Assembly: GCA_947085095.1 (NCBI GenBank)
Contig: CAMTVD010000022.1
Location: 49,237 to 113,236 of the forward strand
Direction of reading: 5' to 3'
Origin: an uncultured Thermus sp.
Lineage (GTDB): Bacteria > Deinococcota > Deinococci > Deinococcales > Thermaceae
Length of the DNA stretch: 64,000 nucleotides
Made by a program: the position numbers and the translations under genes. Of the stretch, positions 39,749 to 50,109 are shown in pieces (positions within the stretch are counted from its first letter, which is position 1; each line of letters starts with the position of its first letter). A model generated the notes under the pieces. That model did no database searches, was not told the origin of the DNA, and saw nothing but the letters and a program-made list of their open reading frames with translations.

Positions 39749-40131
39749 GGGGGCTTGTCCTGTTGCTCCTTTTGCTTTCCGCCTGCCGCTACACCTTCCT
39801 GCCCCTGGACCCGGGAAGGCCGGGGGTCCCGCAAAGGCCCTTCCTGGTGGCCCGGCTCTTCCCGGAAGGGGAGGAGGCCAGGCTCGTCCTAAAGGTGGAG
39901 CGGCTTCCCCAGGCGGGCTACCTCCACCTCAAGTGGTACCGGGAGGCGGAGCTCCTGAAGGAGAGGGCCCTCTTCCTGGAGGGGCCTGGGGTCCTCGAGG
40001 CCCGCTTTCCCCTTTCTGAGGGGTACCACCGCCTGGTGGGGTTTTGGGGGGAGCGGGTCCTCTTCCAGCTGGACCTGGGCACCCCCGCCCTACCGGAGGC
40101 CGATGAGGAGGAGGACCAGGGGAACCGTTAG
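39745..40131 (+). CDS. Hypothetical lipoprotein
   Basis: Lipobox LLSAC after a hydrophobic signal. Confidence 0.75.
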   Translation: MRGLVLLLLLLSACRYTFLPLDPGRPGVPQRPFLVARLFPEGEEARLVLKVERLPQAGYLHLKWYREAELLKERALFLEGPGVLEARFPLSEGYHRLVGFWGERVLFQLDLGTPALPEADEEEDQGNR

Positions 40132-40983
40132 GAAGGCCAAAAAGGTGGAGACCACCACGCTCCGCGCCATGCGGGCCGCGTCCTTGCCGAACTCCTGGGA
40201 GAGCAAAAAGGCGTTCACGGCGATGGGGGTGGCGGACTGGAGGACCAAAACCTGGTGTTCCAGCCTGGAAAGGCCCAGGAGGAGGCCCACCAGGTAGGCG
40301 AAAAGGGGGGCCAAAAGGAGGCGGAGGGTGCTCGCCGTAAGCTCAAAAGCCCCGAGCCGGAAGGGGGTTTTGGCCATCTGCATCCCCAGGGTGAGGAGGA
40401 GGACGGGAATGGCCGCCTGGCCCATGAGGCGCACGCCCTCGTCCAGGCGGAAGGGGAAGGTGACCTCCAGGGTCCGTAAGAGGAGGCCCAGGAGGAGGGC
40501 GTAGAAGAGGGGGAGGCGCAGGGTGAAGCGGAGGCCCTCGAGGACTCCTCCCCCCCGGATGAAGGCGGGCCCCAGGCCGAACATGAGGGCGCTGGAGAGG
40601 ATGAAGTAGACCACGGCGAGCCCGAGCCCCGCCTCCCCCAGGGCGAAGTAGGCGAGGGAAAGCCCCATGTTGCCGGAGTTGGGGAAAAGGGCCGAGACGA
40701 CAAGGCTCTTCCCCGCCTCCTGGCTTAGACGGAGGAGGCGGCCAAGGAGGGCCACGAAGAGGTAAAGACCCAGGTAGGTGAGGAGGAAGCCCAGGGTGAG
40801 GCCCAAAAGCCCCTCCCGGGTGAAGCTGGCCCGGTACATGGCATCAAAGATCAGGGCGGGCACCAGGAGGTAGACGGTGAGGCGGGAGAGGGTGGGGAGG
40901 TCCACGGGCACCCGCTTGCCCAAGAGGTAACCGGAAAGGACCACCAGGGCCACGGGAAAGACGGTGTTGAAGAGGGCTTCCAT
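40090..40983 (-). CDS. AEC-family (malonate/auxin efflux carrier) transporter
   Basis: PNSGNMGL, AAIPVLLLTLG, QSATPIAV; ~10 TM; start at ATG 40983. Confidence 0.85.
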   Translation of the reverse strand: MEALFNTVFPVALVVLSGYLLGKRVPVDLPTLSRLTVYLLVPALIFDAMYRASFTREGLLGLTLGFLLTYLGLYLFVALLGRLLRLSQEAGKSLVVSALFPNSGNMGLSLAYFALGEAGLGLAVVYFILSSALMFGLGPAFIRGGGVLEGLRFTLRLPLFYALLLGLLLRTLEVTFPFRLDEGVRLMGQAAIPVLLLTLGMQMAKTPFRLGAFELTASTLRLLLAPLFAYLVGLLLGLSRLEHQVLVLQSATPIAVNAFLLSQEFGKDAARMARSVVVSTFLAFLTVPLVLLLIGLR

Positions 40984-41001
40984 GTGGGGCATTCTAGGGG
41001 C

Positions 41002-41826
41002 ATGGTGGGGTACAGGGCTTTAGCCGAGGCCATCCGCGGGGTCCTCCTCCGGGGAGGGGTGGCCCCCAGGCGCCAGGTCCTCCCCCTCCCCGGGGGGGAG
41101 TTTCTGGTCATGCCGGCGGCGGACGAGGAGGTGGCGGTCTGCAAGCTGGTCACGGTGGAGGCCCACCGCCAGCCCATGGTGCAGGCGGAGGTCTGGGCCA
41201 GGCGCCTTTCCACGGGGGAGGTCTTCCACCTCCCCGGGGAGGAGATCACGAGAAGGCGCACCGCCGCCCTCTCCCTCCTGGCCGCCCAGGTCCTGGCCCC
41301 AAGGCGGGAGGGGGCTTTCCTCCTGGTGGGCCCCGGGGCCCAGGGGGAGGCCCACCTGGAGGCCTTCCACGAGGCTTTTCCCCTAAGCCGGGTTTACGTG
41401 CGGGGCAGGGGGAGGGAAAGGGTGGAGGCCCTCCTAAGGAAGGCCAGGGGGATGGGCCTCGAGGCGGAGGAGTGGCTGGGGGAGGAGGTCCCGGAAGAGG
41501 TGGCCTTCCTCGTCACCGCCACCCATAGCCCCACCCCGGTCCTGCCCGAAAGAGTGCCCCCCGGGGTCTTTGTGGCGGCCGTGGGCTCCTACCGCCCGGG
41601 GATGCGGGAGGTGCCAGGGGCCCTGGTGGAGCGGGCCGCCCTCTACGTGGACACGGAGGATGCCCTTTTGGAGGCCGGGGAGCTCCAGGGGGTGCAAAGA
41701 CCCGCCATCCCCCTCAAGGAGGCCCTTTTGGGGCGGCGGGGCGAGGGGGAGTTCGTCCTCTTCAAGAGCGTGGGCCACGCCCTCTTTGACCTGGCGGCGG
41801 TTCGGGCCTATCTGGGGCTAGCCTAG
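41002..41826 (+). CDS. Ornithine cyclodeaminase/mu-crystallin family protein
   Basis: LVMPA, KLVTV, TRRRTAA, VGPGAQG, VTAT, AVGSY, FKSVGHALFDLAA. Confidence 0.85.
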   Translation: MVGYRALAEAIRGVLLRGGVAPRRQVLPLPGGEFLVMPAADEEVAVCKLVTVEAHRQPMVQAEVWARRLSTGEVFHLPGEEITRRRTAALSLLAAQVLAPRREGAFLLVGPGAQGEAHLEAFHEAFPLSRVYVRGRGRERVEALLRKARGMGLEAEEWLGEEVPEEVAFLVTATHSPTPVLPERVPPGVFVAAVGSYRPGMREVPGALVERAALYVDTEDALLEAGELQGVQRPAIPLKEALLGRRGEGEFVLFKSVGHALFDLAAVRAYLGLA

Positions 41827-42731
41827 AGACGGACCACGATCTTCCCCGTGTGCCCCCGGTCCAAGAGGGCCTGGAAGGCGGCCTCGGCCTCGGTAAAGGG
41901 GAAGACCGCCCCCACCACGGGCCGCATCTCCTTGCCAAGACGGGGGAGCAAGAAGTCCAGGGCCTCCTGCAGAAGGGGCCTTTCCCGCAGGAGGGGGGCC
42001 AGCCAGAAGCCCAGGACGGCCAGGTTCTTGCGCATGAGGCGCAAGGGGTGGATGGGGGCCATCTCCCCCTCGGCGGCCCCGATGTAGACCAGGCGGCCCC
42101 TGGCCTTGAGGAAGTCCAGGCTTTCCTCCACCGCCTTGCCCCGCACCTCCAAGACGAGGTCCACGCCCCCTATTTCCCGCATCCTTTCCGGCAGGGCCTC
42201 GTAGGTGGCCACGGCATCCGCCCCCAGGGTTTGGACCAGGGGGAGCTTCTCCGCCCTCGAGGCCGCCCCCAACACCCTAAGCCCCAGGGCCTTGGCGACC
42301 TGTACCGCCGCGGTGCCCAAGGCCCCCGCCGCCGCCTGGACCAAGACCCACTCCCCGGGCTTTGCCCGGGCCTCCCTTAGGGCCAAATAGGCGGTGAGGA
42401 AGGAGACGGGGAAGGCGGCGGCCTCCTCGGGGGAAAGGCCTTCCGGGAGGGGAAGGAGGGCCTCTTGGGGCACGGCCACCCGCTCCGCCAGGGTCCCGTG
42501 GGGCATGAGGGCCGCGTACCGCTTTCCCCCCACTCTGCCCACAGCCTCCATCCCCGGGGTAAAGGGGGGGCGGGCCCGGGTCAGGTAGCCCCCCAGGCGC
42601 ATGAGGTGGTCGGCGAAGTTGAGCCCCACCGCCTCCACCTCCATCGCTACCTCCCCTGGGCCCGGCGCCGGCTCCGGCACCTCCTTCAAGACCATGGGCC
42701 CCCCTAACCTTTCCTGCACCCAAGCGCGCAT
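41823..42731 (-). CDS. qor: NADPH:quinone oxidoreductase (zeta-crystallin/MDR family)
   Basis: AVGLNFAD, PGME, FLTAY, AAAGALG, HTGKIVV. Confidence 0.88.
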   Translation of the reverse strand: MRAWVQERLGGPMVLKEVPEPAPGPGEVAMEVEAVGLNFADHLMRLGGYLTRARPPFTPGMEAVGRVGGKRYAALMPHGTLAERVAVPQEALLPLPEGLSPEEAAAFPVSFLTAYLALREARAKPGEWVLVQAAAGALGTAAVQVAKALGLRVLGAASRAEKLPLVQTLGADAVATYEALPERMREIGGVDLVLEVRGKAVEESLDFLKARGRLVYIGAAEGEMAPIHPLRLMRKNLAVLGFWLAPLLRERPLLQEALDFLLPRLGKEMRPVVGAVFPFTEAEAAFQALLDRGHTGKIVVRL

Positions 42732-42740
42732 AGGCTCAGT

Positions 42741-43547
42741 TTATCCCTTTACTGAGCCCGCCAGGAGGCCTCGCAAGAAGTAGCGTCCCAGGAATATGTA
42801 GACCAAGAGCGTGGGCAAGGCCGCCAGGATGGCCCCGGCCATGGGCAGGTTCCACTTCACCGCCTCGCCTCCCGCCAACTGGGCTAGGGCTACGGTGATG
42901 GGCTGGCTCTCGGGCCGGGTGAGGGTAACAGCGAAAAGAAACTCGTTCCAGATCTGCGTGAACTGCCAGATGGCTACCACCACGAAGGCGGGGGCGGAAA
43001 GGGGCAGGATCACGTGGCGGAAGACCCCGAAGAAACCGGCCCCGTCTATGCGGGCCGCTTCCACGAGCTCATCGGGGATCTCACTGTAATAGTTCTTGAA
43101 GATAAGGGTGACGATGGGAATGCCGTAGACCACGTGCACCAGGACCAGGCCCCAGAGGGATCCATAAAGCCCGATAGCCTTCACAAACTGGAAAAGGGGG
43201 ATGAGGATGCTCTGGTAGGGGATGAACATCCCGAAGAGCATGAGGGCGAAGAGGAGGCCCGACCCCCTAAAGGGCCACTTGGCCAGGACGTAGCCGTTCA
43301 GGGCCCCCACCAGGGCCGAGAGGAGGGTGGCGGAGGTGGCCAGCACCAGGCTGTTTTGGAACTTGGGCCGGAAGGCTTCCCAGGCGATGCGGAAGCTTTC
43401 CCAGTAGACGGGGTCTGGCCAGCGCCAGACGGCATCCAGGGTGATTTTGGCCGGCTCCTTGAGGGCGGTGAGGAGGACCAGGTAGACGGGAAGGAGGAAG
43501 AACAGCGTGACCAGGACAAGGAAGGCGTAGAGCAGCACACGGCCCAT
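42741..43547 (-). CDS. Carbohydrate (glucose/mannose-type) ABC permease, MalG-like
   Basis: [26 protein letters not shown]. Confidence 0.92.
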   Translation of the reverse strand: MGRVLLYAFLVLVTLFFLLPVYLVLLTALKEPAKITLDAVWRWPDPVYWESFRIAWEAFRPKFQNSLVLATSATLLSALVGALNGYVLAKWPFRGSGLLFALMLFGMFIPYQSILIPLFQFVKAIGLYGSLWGLVLVHVVYGIPIVTLIFKNYYSEIPDELVEAARIDGAGFFGVFRHVILPLSAPAFVVVAIWQFTQIWNEFLFAVTLTRPESQPITVALAQLAGGEAVKWNLPMAGAILAALPTLLVYIFLGRYFLRGLLAGSVKG

Positions 43548-44656
43548 CAGCGCCGCACCTCCTTTCTCAGCTGACTTGCCAGGTAAGGGATCACCACTAC
43601 CGCCACCAGGAGGAGGAGCAGGATGCCGATGGCCGCGCCTTTGGCGAACTGGTTGCCCCGGAAGGCCAAGAGGTACATGTAGATGGCCGGCACGTCGGTG
43701 GGGGCGTAGTCCAGGCCAGCCATGGCGAAGATCAGGTCAAAGATCTTGAGGGCGATGTGCCCCAGGACGATCATGGCGGCGAGGGTGATGGGGGCCAACA
43801 TGGGGAAGATCACCCTGCGGAAAAGCTGCCACTCGCTGGCCCCATCCACCTTGGCGGCCTCAATGACCTCTACGGGTATGCCCCGGAGGCCCGCCAGGTA
43901 GAGGGCCATGGTGTAGCCGGACATCTGCCAGATGGAGGCCAGGATGACCCCGATCAGGGCCAGGCTGAAGCCGTGGGGTTCGGGGTAGGGAAGGAGCTGG
44001 ACCCGCTGCCCTAGGGTGAGGGCCCACAGGAGGAGCACCCCCCCCGATACCAGGCCCCATGACATCCGCCTTCGCTCCCCCTCCCGGTAGGCCCTCCAGG
44101 CCAAGTAGAGAAAGGCAAGGCCCACCACCAGCGCGGTGTAGAAGGGAAGCTGGTTCCAGTCAAAGACCCAGACTTGTTCCCGGGTGGTGAGCCAGGGGAG
44201 GCGGAGAGGAGGCAGGCCGAAAAGGTTGGGGAGGACGTTTACCCCCCCCTGGGGTTGCAGGAGCCAGCGCCAGATGGTTCCCGTGACCACGAAGGAGAGG
44301 GCCATGGGGAAGAGGAAGACGGTGCGGAAGAAGCTCTCCCCCTTGGGGGCCCGGTCCAGGGCTAGGGCCAGGAGGAGGCCCAGCCCCAGGCTTCCCGCCA
44401 TGAAGAAGACCGTGAAGAAGATGAGGTTGACGACGCTTTGCCGGAAGCGCACGTCCACGAATCCGGTGAAAAGCTCCCGGTAGTTTTCCAAGCCCAGGAA
44501 GCGGAGCTGGGGGTGGAGGGCCAGGGCCTGGGCGGGGTCCTTTCCCCAGTCGGTCATGGACACCCAGAGGTTCTGCCCGATAAAGCCGTAGACGAAGATG
44601 CCCACAGCTACCAAGGAAGGGAGAAGGACCAAAAAGGCCGCGATCCGGTCGCGCAC
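43547..44656 (-). CDS. Carbohydrate (glucose/mannose-type) ABC permease, MalF-like
   Basis: [33 protein letters not shown] start 44656 after GGAGGG. Confidence 0.9.
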   Translation of the reverse strand: MRDRIAAFLVLLPSLVAVGIFVYGFIGQNLWVSMTDWGKDPAQALALHPQLRFLGLENYRELFTGFVDVRFRQSVVNLIFFTVFFMAGSLGLGLLLALALDRAPKGESFFRTVFLFPMALSFVVTGTIWRWLLQPQGGVNVLPNLFGLPPLRLPWLTTREQVWVFDWNQLPFYTALVVGLAFLYLAWRAYREGERRRMSWGLVSGGVLLLWALTLGQRVQLLPYPEPHGFSLALIGVILASIWQMSGYTMALYLAGLRGIPVEVIEAAKVDGASEWQLFRRVIFPMLAPITLAAMIVLGHIALKIFDLIFAMAGLDYAPTDVPAIYMYLLAFRGNQFAKGAAIGILLLLLVAVVVIPYLASQLRKEVRR

Positions 44657-44711
44657 GTTCCCTCCAGGGAGAAACCCGCGGGGGCCAGGGGCCCCCACGG
44701 GCTGCAGGGGG

Positions 44712-45947
44712 TCAGCGCCCGAGGCCCACCTGGTTGGCGATGGCCTGGGCGGCGTTGGCTGCTGCCTGCGGGCTCCTGCTCTGCAGGTAGATCTCCATCA
44801 CGGTGCCGAACTGGCTCATGAAGCTCTCGGAAGCCACAGCCCCGTGGACCAGGGAGCCCACGATGCGGTTGGACTTCCAGTCCCTCATGGCGGACTGGCC
44901 ATAGGCGTTGTACTTGGCGGAGTCGGAGTCCAGCCGGGCGGCGATGGAGCCCTTGAGGGGGTTGAAGGTGTCTTGGCCCTCCTTGGAGCCCACCAGCCTA
45001 AGCCAGTTGATGGCGTTTTGCCGGTTTTTCGCGCCCTTGGGCAGGCCGAAGGAGTCGGAGAGCATCATGAAGACCCCTGAGGTGCCAGGAGAAGGCACCC
45101 AGGCGAAGTCGGTTCCGGGCTTCAGTTTCAGGGTCGTGGTCATGTAGCCTGCGGCCCAGTCCCCCATGACGTTGAAGGCCGCCTGGCCCTGGACCACCCG
45201 GTCCACGGCCTGCTGCCAGGAGAGGCCCGCCGCGTCTTTGTTGGCGCAGTCCAGTACCTTGCCGAAGGTTTCCCAAACGGCTACCGCCTTGGGGTCGGTG
45301 AACTTCAGCTTGCCATTCCAGAGGTTGTTCCAACCCTCAGGGCCCAGGATACCCAGGGCCACGCTCTCCCAGAGGTGCTGTTGCGTCCAGTTCTCTCCCA
45401 GGGCCAGGGGGGCCTCGAGGCCCTTCCTCTTGAGGGTCTGGCAGGTGGCTAGGAACTCGGCCCAGGTTTTGGGCGGCGTGACCCCCCACTCCTTGAGCTT
45501 GGCGGGCAGGTACCACATGACGTTGGAGCGGTGGATGTTCACCGGCACGCTCCAGATGCCCCCCTTGTAGGAAATCAGGTCCAAAAGCCCCTTGGGGAAG
45601 GCCTGGAGCCAACCCTCCTGCCGGAAGAGGGGGGTCAGGTCCTCCATGCGCTCCGCCACCACCCAGGTGCCAATGAGCTCCATTCCCGCGTGGACCTGGA
45701 AGGTGTCGGGGGGGTTCCCCCCTAGCATGCGGGTTTTGAGGACCGCCTTGGCGTTGACCCCCGCCCCCCCGGTCACGGTGGCGTTGATGACCTCCACCCC
45801 CGGGTACTTCTGCTTGTAGAGCCGGATGAGGGCCTCGAGGGCCGGGCCCTCGTCCCCCGCCCACCAGGAGAAGATCTCCAGCTTGCCCGTCTGGGCCAGG
45901 GCGCTAAACCCCAAGGCCACCCCGATCGCCAAAAGCCACTTCCTCAT
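44712..45947 (-). CDS. Glucose/galactose-binding protein of a CUT1 ABC transporter
   Basis: [49 protein letters not shown]. Confidence 0.9.
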   Translation of the reverse strand: MRKWLLAIGVALGFSALAQTGKLEIFSWWAGDEGPALEALIRLYKQKYPGVEVINATVTGGAGVNAKAVLKTRMLGGNPPDTFQVHAGMELIGTWVVAERMEDLTPLFRQEGWLQAFPKGLLDLISYKGGIWSVPVNIHRSNVMWYLPAKLKEWGVTPPKTWAEFLATCQTLKRKGLEAPLALGENWTQQHLWESVALGILGPEGWNNLWNGKLKFTDPKAVAVWETFGKVLDCANKDAAGLSWQQAVDRVVQGQAAFNVMGDWAAGYMTTTLKLKPGTDFAWVPSPGTSGVFMMLSDSFGLPKGAKNRQNAINWLRLVGSKEGQDTFNPLKGSIAARLDSDSAKYNAYGQSAMRDWKSNRIVGSLVHGAVASESFMSQFGTVMEIYLQSRSPQAAANAAQAIANQVGLGR

Positions 45948-47098
45948 ACCTTACCTCCATTGCGACGTGGGCTTTCCGCCCACAGGCCGCCCAACTCAAA
46001 GAAGCGGGCCAAAAAGAGGCCCGCTCCACCCACCGCCGGGGCCAGATGGCCGTAGGCAGAGGGTTGCACGGGAAGGCCCTGGTGGGCTTCCAAAAAGGCG
46101 TGAGCTTTCAGGGAGAGGCGCAAGGAGTGTTCCAGGTAAGGGAAGAGCTCGGCCACCTTGCCCCCCACCACCACCCGGGCGGGATCGTAGGCCACGGCCA
46201 GGTTGGCCAGGAGGCGGCCCAGGAGCTCCCCTAGGTGGCCTAAGGCCTCCAGGCTCGCAACGTCCCCTTCCTGGGCAAGGTTGCGGAGGGCCTCGAGGCT
46301 CCTAGCTTTGCCGCCTAGGGCCTGGTGGTGCTTGAGGAGGGTCCCCAAGCCCAGCTCGGTTTCCAGGCACCCTTGGCGGCCACAGGCGCAAGCCCTCTGC
46401 CCCGTTCCCAGCCAGTGGCCCAGCTCCCCCGCTGCCCCGTTGGCCCCCCGCAGGAGGCGGCCCTCGGCCACCACGCCCACGCCGAGCCCGGTGCTCAGGA
46501 CCAGGTAGGCCAGGTTGGCCTCCCTGTGGAAGAGGACCTCAGAGAGGACCGAGGCCTTGGCGTCGTTTTCAAAGGCCACGGGCAGGGGAAAGTCCCCCAA
46601 GAGGGCCTGAAGGTCCAGCCCCCGCCAACCCAGGTTGGGGGCGAAGAGGAGGCGCGGGCTTTCCATGACCCCGGGAACGGTGATGCCGAGGCCCAGGGCC
46701 TCGCCAATGTGGGGAAGCGCCCTTTCCCTCAGCTGCTCCAGCCGGGTCCGGGGGCTTTCCTCCTTGGGGTGGGGCCACTCTTGGCTCCATAGGACGTTGC
46801 CCAACCAGTCCACGGCCACCAGGACCGTGCCTTCAACCCCCAGCTCGGCCCCAAGGGCATAACGGGCCCCCGGCTTCAGGTGGAGGAGCACGCCAGGCCG
46901 GCCCAGCTCTCCCGGTGAGGTCCCCCCTTCTTCCAAAAGGCCTTCGGCAAGAAGCTCGTCCACCAGGCGGCTCACCGCGCTCTTGGCGAGACCCGTGCGC
47001 CGGGAAAGGTCGGCCCGGGTAAAGGGGGCCTGCCGCAGGTGGTAGAGGATGGCCCTCCGGTTGAGCCTGCGGATTTCCTGGCTGTCTCCCTTGCGCAA
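45944..47098 (-). CDS. ROK-family (XylR/NagC-like) transcriptional repressor
   Basis: N-terminal [20 protein letters not shown]...[20 protein letters not shown]...[10 protein letters not shown]. Confidence 0.92.
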   Translation of the reverse strand: MRKGDSQEIRRLNRRAILYHLRQAPFTRADLSRRTGLAKSAVSRLVDELLAEGLLEEGGTSPGELGRPGVLLHLKPGARYALGAELGVEGTVLVAVDWLGNVLWSQEWPHPKEESPRTRLEQLRERALPHIGEALGLGITVPGVMESPRLLFAPNLGWRGLDLQALLGDFPLPVAFENDAKASVLSEVLFHREANLAYLVLSTGLGVGVVAEGRLLRGANGAAGELGHWLGTGQRACACGRQGCLETELGLGTLLKHHQALGGKARSLEALRNLAQEGDVASLEALGHLGELLGRLLANLAVAYDPARVVVGGKVAELFPYLEHSLRLSLKAHAFLEAHQGLPVQPSAYGHLAPAVGGAGLFLARFFELGGLWAESPRRNGGKV

Positions 47099-47108
47099 CC
47101 TCGGCCCC

Positions 47109-47137
47109 CTTTAGTTCGTCCTCGGTACTAACTAAAG
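47109..47137. promoter_or_regulatory. ROK repressor operator (inverted repeat)
   Basis: Perfect 8-bp IR CTTTAGTT-N13-AACTAAAG immediately upstream of the ROK gene. Confidence 0.75.
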
Positions 47138-47223
47138 CGCCTTTCCGGCCCCTTGTCAAGGGGTGGGGGGTGGGGTTAGCCTTGGGATAAGGCCCGCTAG
47201 GGCCCCAAAGCCAGGTCCCGTTT

Positions 47224-47345
47224 GCCCTGGTGCCTGGGCGCGTAGTCCAGGCTTAAAGTGGGGAAGTCCGGTGCAAGTCCGGCGCTGTCCCGCAACGGTA
47301 ACCGGTCCCGCTTCGGAGACCGGAAGCCCGAATACCTGCCAGGGC
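47224..47345 (+). ncRNA. Cobalamin riboswitch
   Basis: P1 GCCCTGG/CCAGGGC; conserved core TTAAAGTGGGAAGTCCGGTGCAAGTCCGGCGCTGTCCCGCAACGGTAA; B12-box-like AGCCCGAATACCTGCC; upstream of btuFCD. Confidence 0.92.
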
Positions 47346-47417
47346 CGCCCGCCCTTCCCCAAGGCGGGCACCTCACGCGGATGGGGGAGAAGTGGGGGTG
47401 AAACGCCTTTTGGCCCT

Positions 47418-47444
47418 AACCCCTGCCTCCCGGCAGGGGTTTTT
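47418..47444 (+). terminator. Terminator-like hairpin in the riboswitch expression platform
   Basis: AACCCCTGCC-tccc-GGCAGGGGTT followed by TTT. Confidence 0.7.
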
Positions 47445-47490
47445 CCCTACCTCCCCCGGGCCTGGCCCTAGCGGCCTAAGGGAGGTAGGC

Positions 47491-48345
47491 ATGAAAAGAA
47501 TGCTGGCGCTTCTTACCGTTTTTCTGGCCCTGGCCCTGGCCTTTCCCCTCACCGTCACCGACGACCTGGGGCGCACCGTCACCCTAAAGGCCCCGCCCAA
47601 GCGCATCGTCACCATGCTTCCCTCGGTGACGGAGACGGTCTGCGCCCTGGGGGCCTGCGACCGGATCGTGGCCACCGACGACTTCTCGGACTGGCCAGAA
47701 GGCGTCAAAAGGCTTCCCAAGGCGGGAGGGCTTTTCAACCCCAACCCCGAGCTCATCGTCGCCTTGAAGCCGGACCTGGTCCTGGTGTCCAGGTTCGGGA
47801 GGCTCTACGAAACCCTGGAGCGGGCGGGGCTCACCGTCTATGCCGTGAGGACGGAAACCTATGAGGACATCTTCCGGACGGCCCGCAACCTGGGAAGGCT
47901 CTTGGGGCTTCCCGGCCAGGCGGAGCGGCTGGTGGCCCAGATCCAGAAGGAGGTCTACCAGGAGGAAGCCCGGGCCGCCCAGGCCAAGACCCGCCCCCGG
48001 GTCTACTACGAGATTGACCCCACCCCCTATACCGTGGGGCCCGAGAGCTTCATCGGGGTCCTCATCGCCAAGGCCCGGGGGGTGAACATCGTCCCCAGGG
48101 AGCTGGGCCTTTTCCCCAAGATTAGCCCGGAGCTGGTGCTGGAGAGAAACCCCGAGGTGATCGTGGCCACTTACCCCGGCGCCTTGGACACCATCCGCAG
48201 GCGCCCGGGCTGGGACCGGGTGGCCGCCGTGCGCCAGGGGCGGATCTGCGTCTTCACCGGCGGGGAGGATAGCCTCCTTTCCCGGCCCGGCCCCCGGGTG
48301 GCCCAGGGCCTGAGGCTCCTGGTGGACTGCTTCCACAGGCCATGA
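47491..48345 (+). CDS. btuF: Cobalamin ABC substrate-binding protein
   Basis: FPLTVTDDLGRTV, RIVTMLPSVTE, NPELIVALKPDLV, RPGPR; lies behind a B12 riboswitch. Confidence 0.88.
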   Translation: MKRMLALLTVFLALALAFPLTVTDDLGRTVTLKAPPKRIVTMLPSVTETVCALGACDRIVATDDFSDWPEGVKRLPKAGGLFNPNPELIVALKPDLVLVSRFGRLYETLERAGLTVYAVRTETYEDIFRTARNLGRLLGLPGQAERLVAQIQKEVYQEEARAAQAKTRPRVYYEIDPTPYTVGPESFIGVLIAKARGVNIVPRELGLFPKISPELVLERNPEVIVATYPGALDTIRRRPGWDRVAAVRQGRICVFTGGEDSLLSRPGPRVAQGLRLLVDCFHRP

Positions 48346-49370
48346 CCCTCGCCCTGCCCCTGGCCCTAAAGCGAAGCCTGGTCTTCAGCTGGCTTCTCCT
48401 CCTCCTCCTCCTGGCCCTGGTCCTGGGGGTAGCCTTGGGGGCGGTGGCCCTCTCCCCCTTGGAGGTGGTCCGGGCCCTTTTGGGCCAGGAGGAGAACCCC
48501 ATCGTCACCGAGCTGCGCTTGCCCAGGGTCCTGGGAGGCCTTCTGGTAGGGGCGGCCTTGGGGGTGGCGGGGGCGGCCTTCCAGGGCCTTTTCCGTAACC
48601 CCCTGGCCGATCCCTACCTCATGGGCTCCGCCTCGGGGGCGGCCTTCGCCGTGACCCTCTTCGCCGTCATCCTGGGGGGGCTTTCCCCGGCCTTTGCCCA
48701 GCACGCCGTCTTCCAGCACCTCCCCCTTTCCGCCACCCTCTTCGGCTTTTTGGGGGCCCTTCTCGCCACCCTCCTCACCCTGGTCCTGGCCGGGGGGGTG
48801 GCCCGCACCGGGGAGCTGGTCCTGGCGGGGGTGGTGGTGGGGAGCGTCCTCACCGGGGCCACCACTTACCTGATGATGCAGGACGCCGACCGGGTGCGGG
48901 CGGTCTTCGCCTACACCCTGGGGAACCTGGCCTTCTTGGGCTGGCCCTCGGTGAAGGCCCTCCTCCTCTTCCTCCTTCTGGCTCTGCCTCCCCTCCTCCT
49001 TTTGGGCCGGGTGCTGAACGCCCTGCAGCTGGGGGAGGAGACGGCCAAAAGCCTGGGCCTGCCCCTGGACGCCCTCAAGCTCCTCCTCCTCCTTGCCGCC
49101 AGCCTCCTCACCGCCAGCGCCGTGGCCCAGGCGGGGATCATTGGCTTTGTGGGCCTGGTGGCCCCCCACGCCCTGAGGCGGCTTCTGGGGGAGGACTACC
49201 GCCTCCTCCTGCCCGCCAGCGCCCTGGGGGGGGCCGTTCTCCTCGGCTTCGCCGACCTTCTGGCCCGCACCCTCACCCGGCCGGCGGAGCTTCCCGTGGG
49301 GGTGGTGACCACGCTCCTGGGAGGGCCCTTCTTCCTTTACCTGATGTGGAGGCGGCGTGGGCGGGCTTGA
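48342..49370 (+). CDS. btuC: Cobalamin ABC permease (FecCD/BtuC)
   Basis: LRLPRV, QGLFRNPLADP, GIIGFVGLVAPH, ELPVGVVT. Confidence 0.88.
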   Translation: MTLALPLALKRSLVFSWLLLLLLLALVLGVALGAVALSPLEVVRALLGQEENPIVTELRLPRVLGGLLVGAALGVAGAAFQGLFRNPLADPYLMGSASGAAFAVTLFAVILGGLSPAFAQHAVFQHLPLSATLFGFLGALLATLLTLVLAGGVARTGELVLAGVVVGSVLTGATTYLMMQDADRVRAVFAYTLGNLAFLGWPSVKALLLFLLLALPPLLLLGRVLNALQLGEETAKSLGLPLDALKLLLLLAASLLTASAVAQAGIIGFVGLVAPHALRRLLGEDYRLLLPASALGGAVLLGFADLLARTLTRPAELPVGVVTTLLGGPFFLYLMWRRRGRA

Positions 49371-50109
49371 GGCCAGGGGGATCGTGGGTCCCCACGCCCT
49401 GAGGGGGGTGGACCTGGCCTTGAGGCCTGGGGAATGGCTGGCCCTCCTGGGCCCCAACGGTGCGGGGAAGAGCACCCTTTTGCGGGTGATGGCGGGGCTT
49501 CTGCGCCCGAGGAAAGGGGAGGTGTTCTTGGAGGGGAGGCCCCTGGGGCGTTACGGCAGCTACGAGCGGGGGCGGCTTCTCGCCTATCTGCCCCAAGGAG
49601 GGGCCTACCCTGAGGGGCTTCTGGTGGAGGAGGTGGTGCGCCTGGGGAGGCTTCCCCACCTGGGGCTTTGGGGCAGGGAGGGGAAGGAGGACAAAGAGGC
49701 GGTGGAGTGGGCCCTCGAGGCCACCGGGGCGGCGGCCTTCACGGGACGGCTTCTGGGCACCCTCTCCGGGGGGGAGAGGCAGCGGGTCCTCCTGGCCCGG
49801 GCCCTGGCGGCCAGGCCTAGATACCTCCTCCTGGACGAGCCCACCACCTTTTTGGACCTGGAGCACCAGGCGGGGGTGGTGGCCCTCCTCAGGCGGCTTG
49901 CGGGGATGGGCCTGGGGGTGCTCTCCGTCCTCCACGACCCCAACCAGGCGGCCCTGGCCCACCGGGTGGCGGTGGTGCGGGAGGGGAGGGTTTTGGCGGA
50001 AGGAGGGCCTGAGGAGGTCCTTTCTGAACCCCTTCTGCAACGGCTCTACGGCCCCGGGGTGCGGGTTTTCCCCTTGGAGGGGAGGCCCCATGTCTACCTG
50101 GACGGATAG
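49357..50109 (+). CDS. btuD: Cobalamin ABC ATP-binding protein
   Basis: GPNGAGKST, LSGGERQRV, LDEPTTFLD, VLHD. Confidence 0.85.
   Translation: MGGLEARGIVGPHALRGVDLALRPGEWLALLGPNGAGKSTLLRVMAGLLRPRKGEVFLEGRPLGRYGSYERGRLLAYLPQGGAYPEGLLVEEVVRLGRLPHLGLWGREGKEDKEAVEWALEATGAAAFTGRLLGTLSGGERQRVLLARALAARPRYLLLDEPTTFLDLEHQAGVVALLRRLAGMGLGVLSVLHDPNQAALAHRVAVVREGRVLAEGGPEEVLSEPLLQRLYGPGVRVFPLEGRPHVYLDG

Noticed and set aside
48390..49100. (CTC)n runs in btuC and other membrane genes as simple-sequence repeats
   Set aside because: They encode poly-Leu transmembrane segments using the preferred codon
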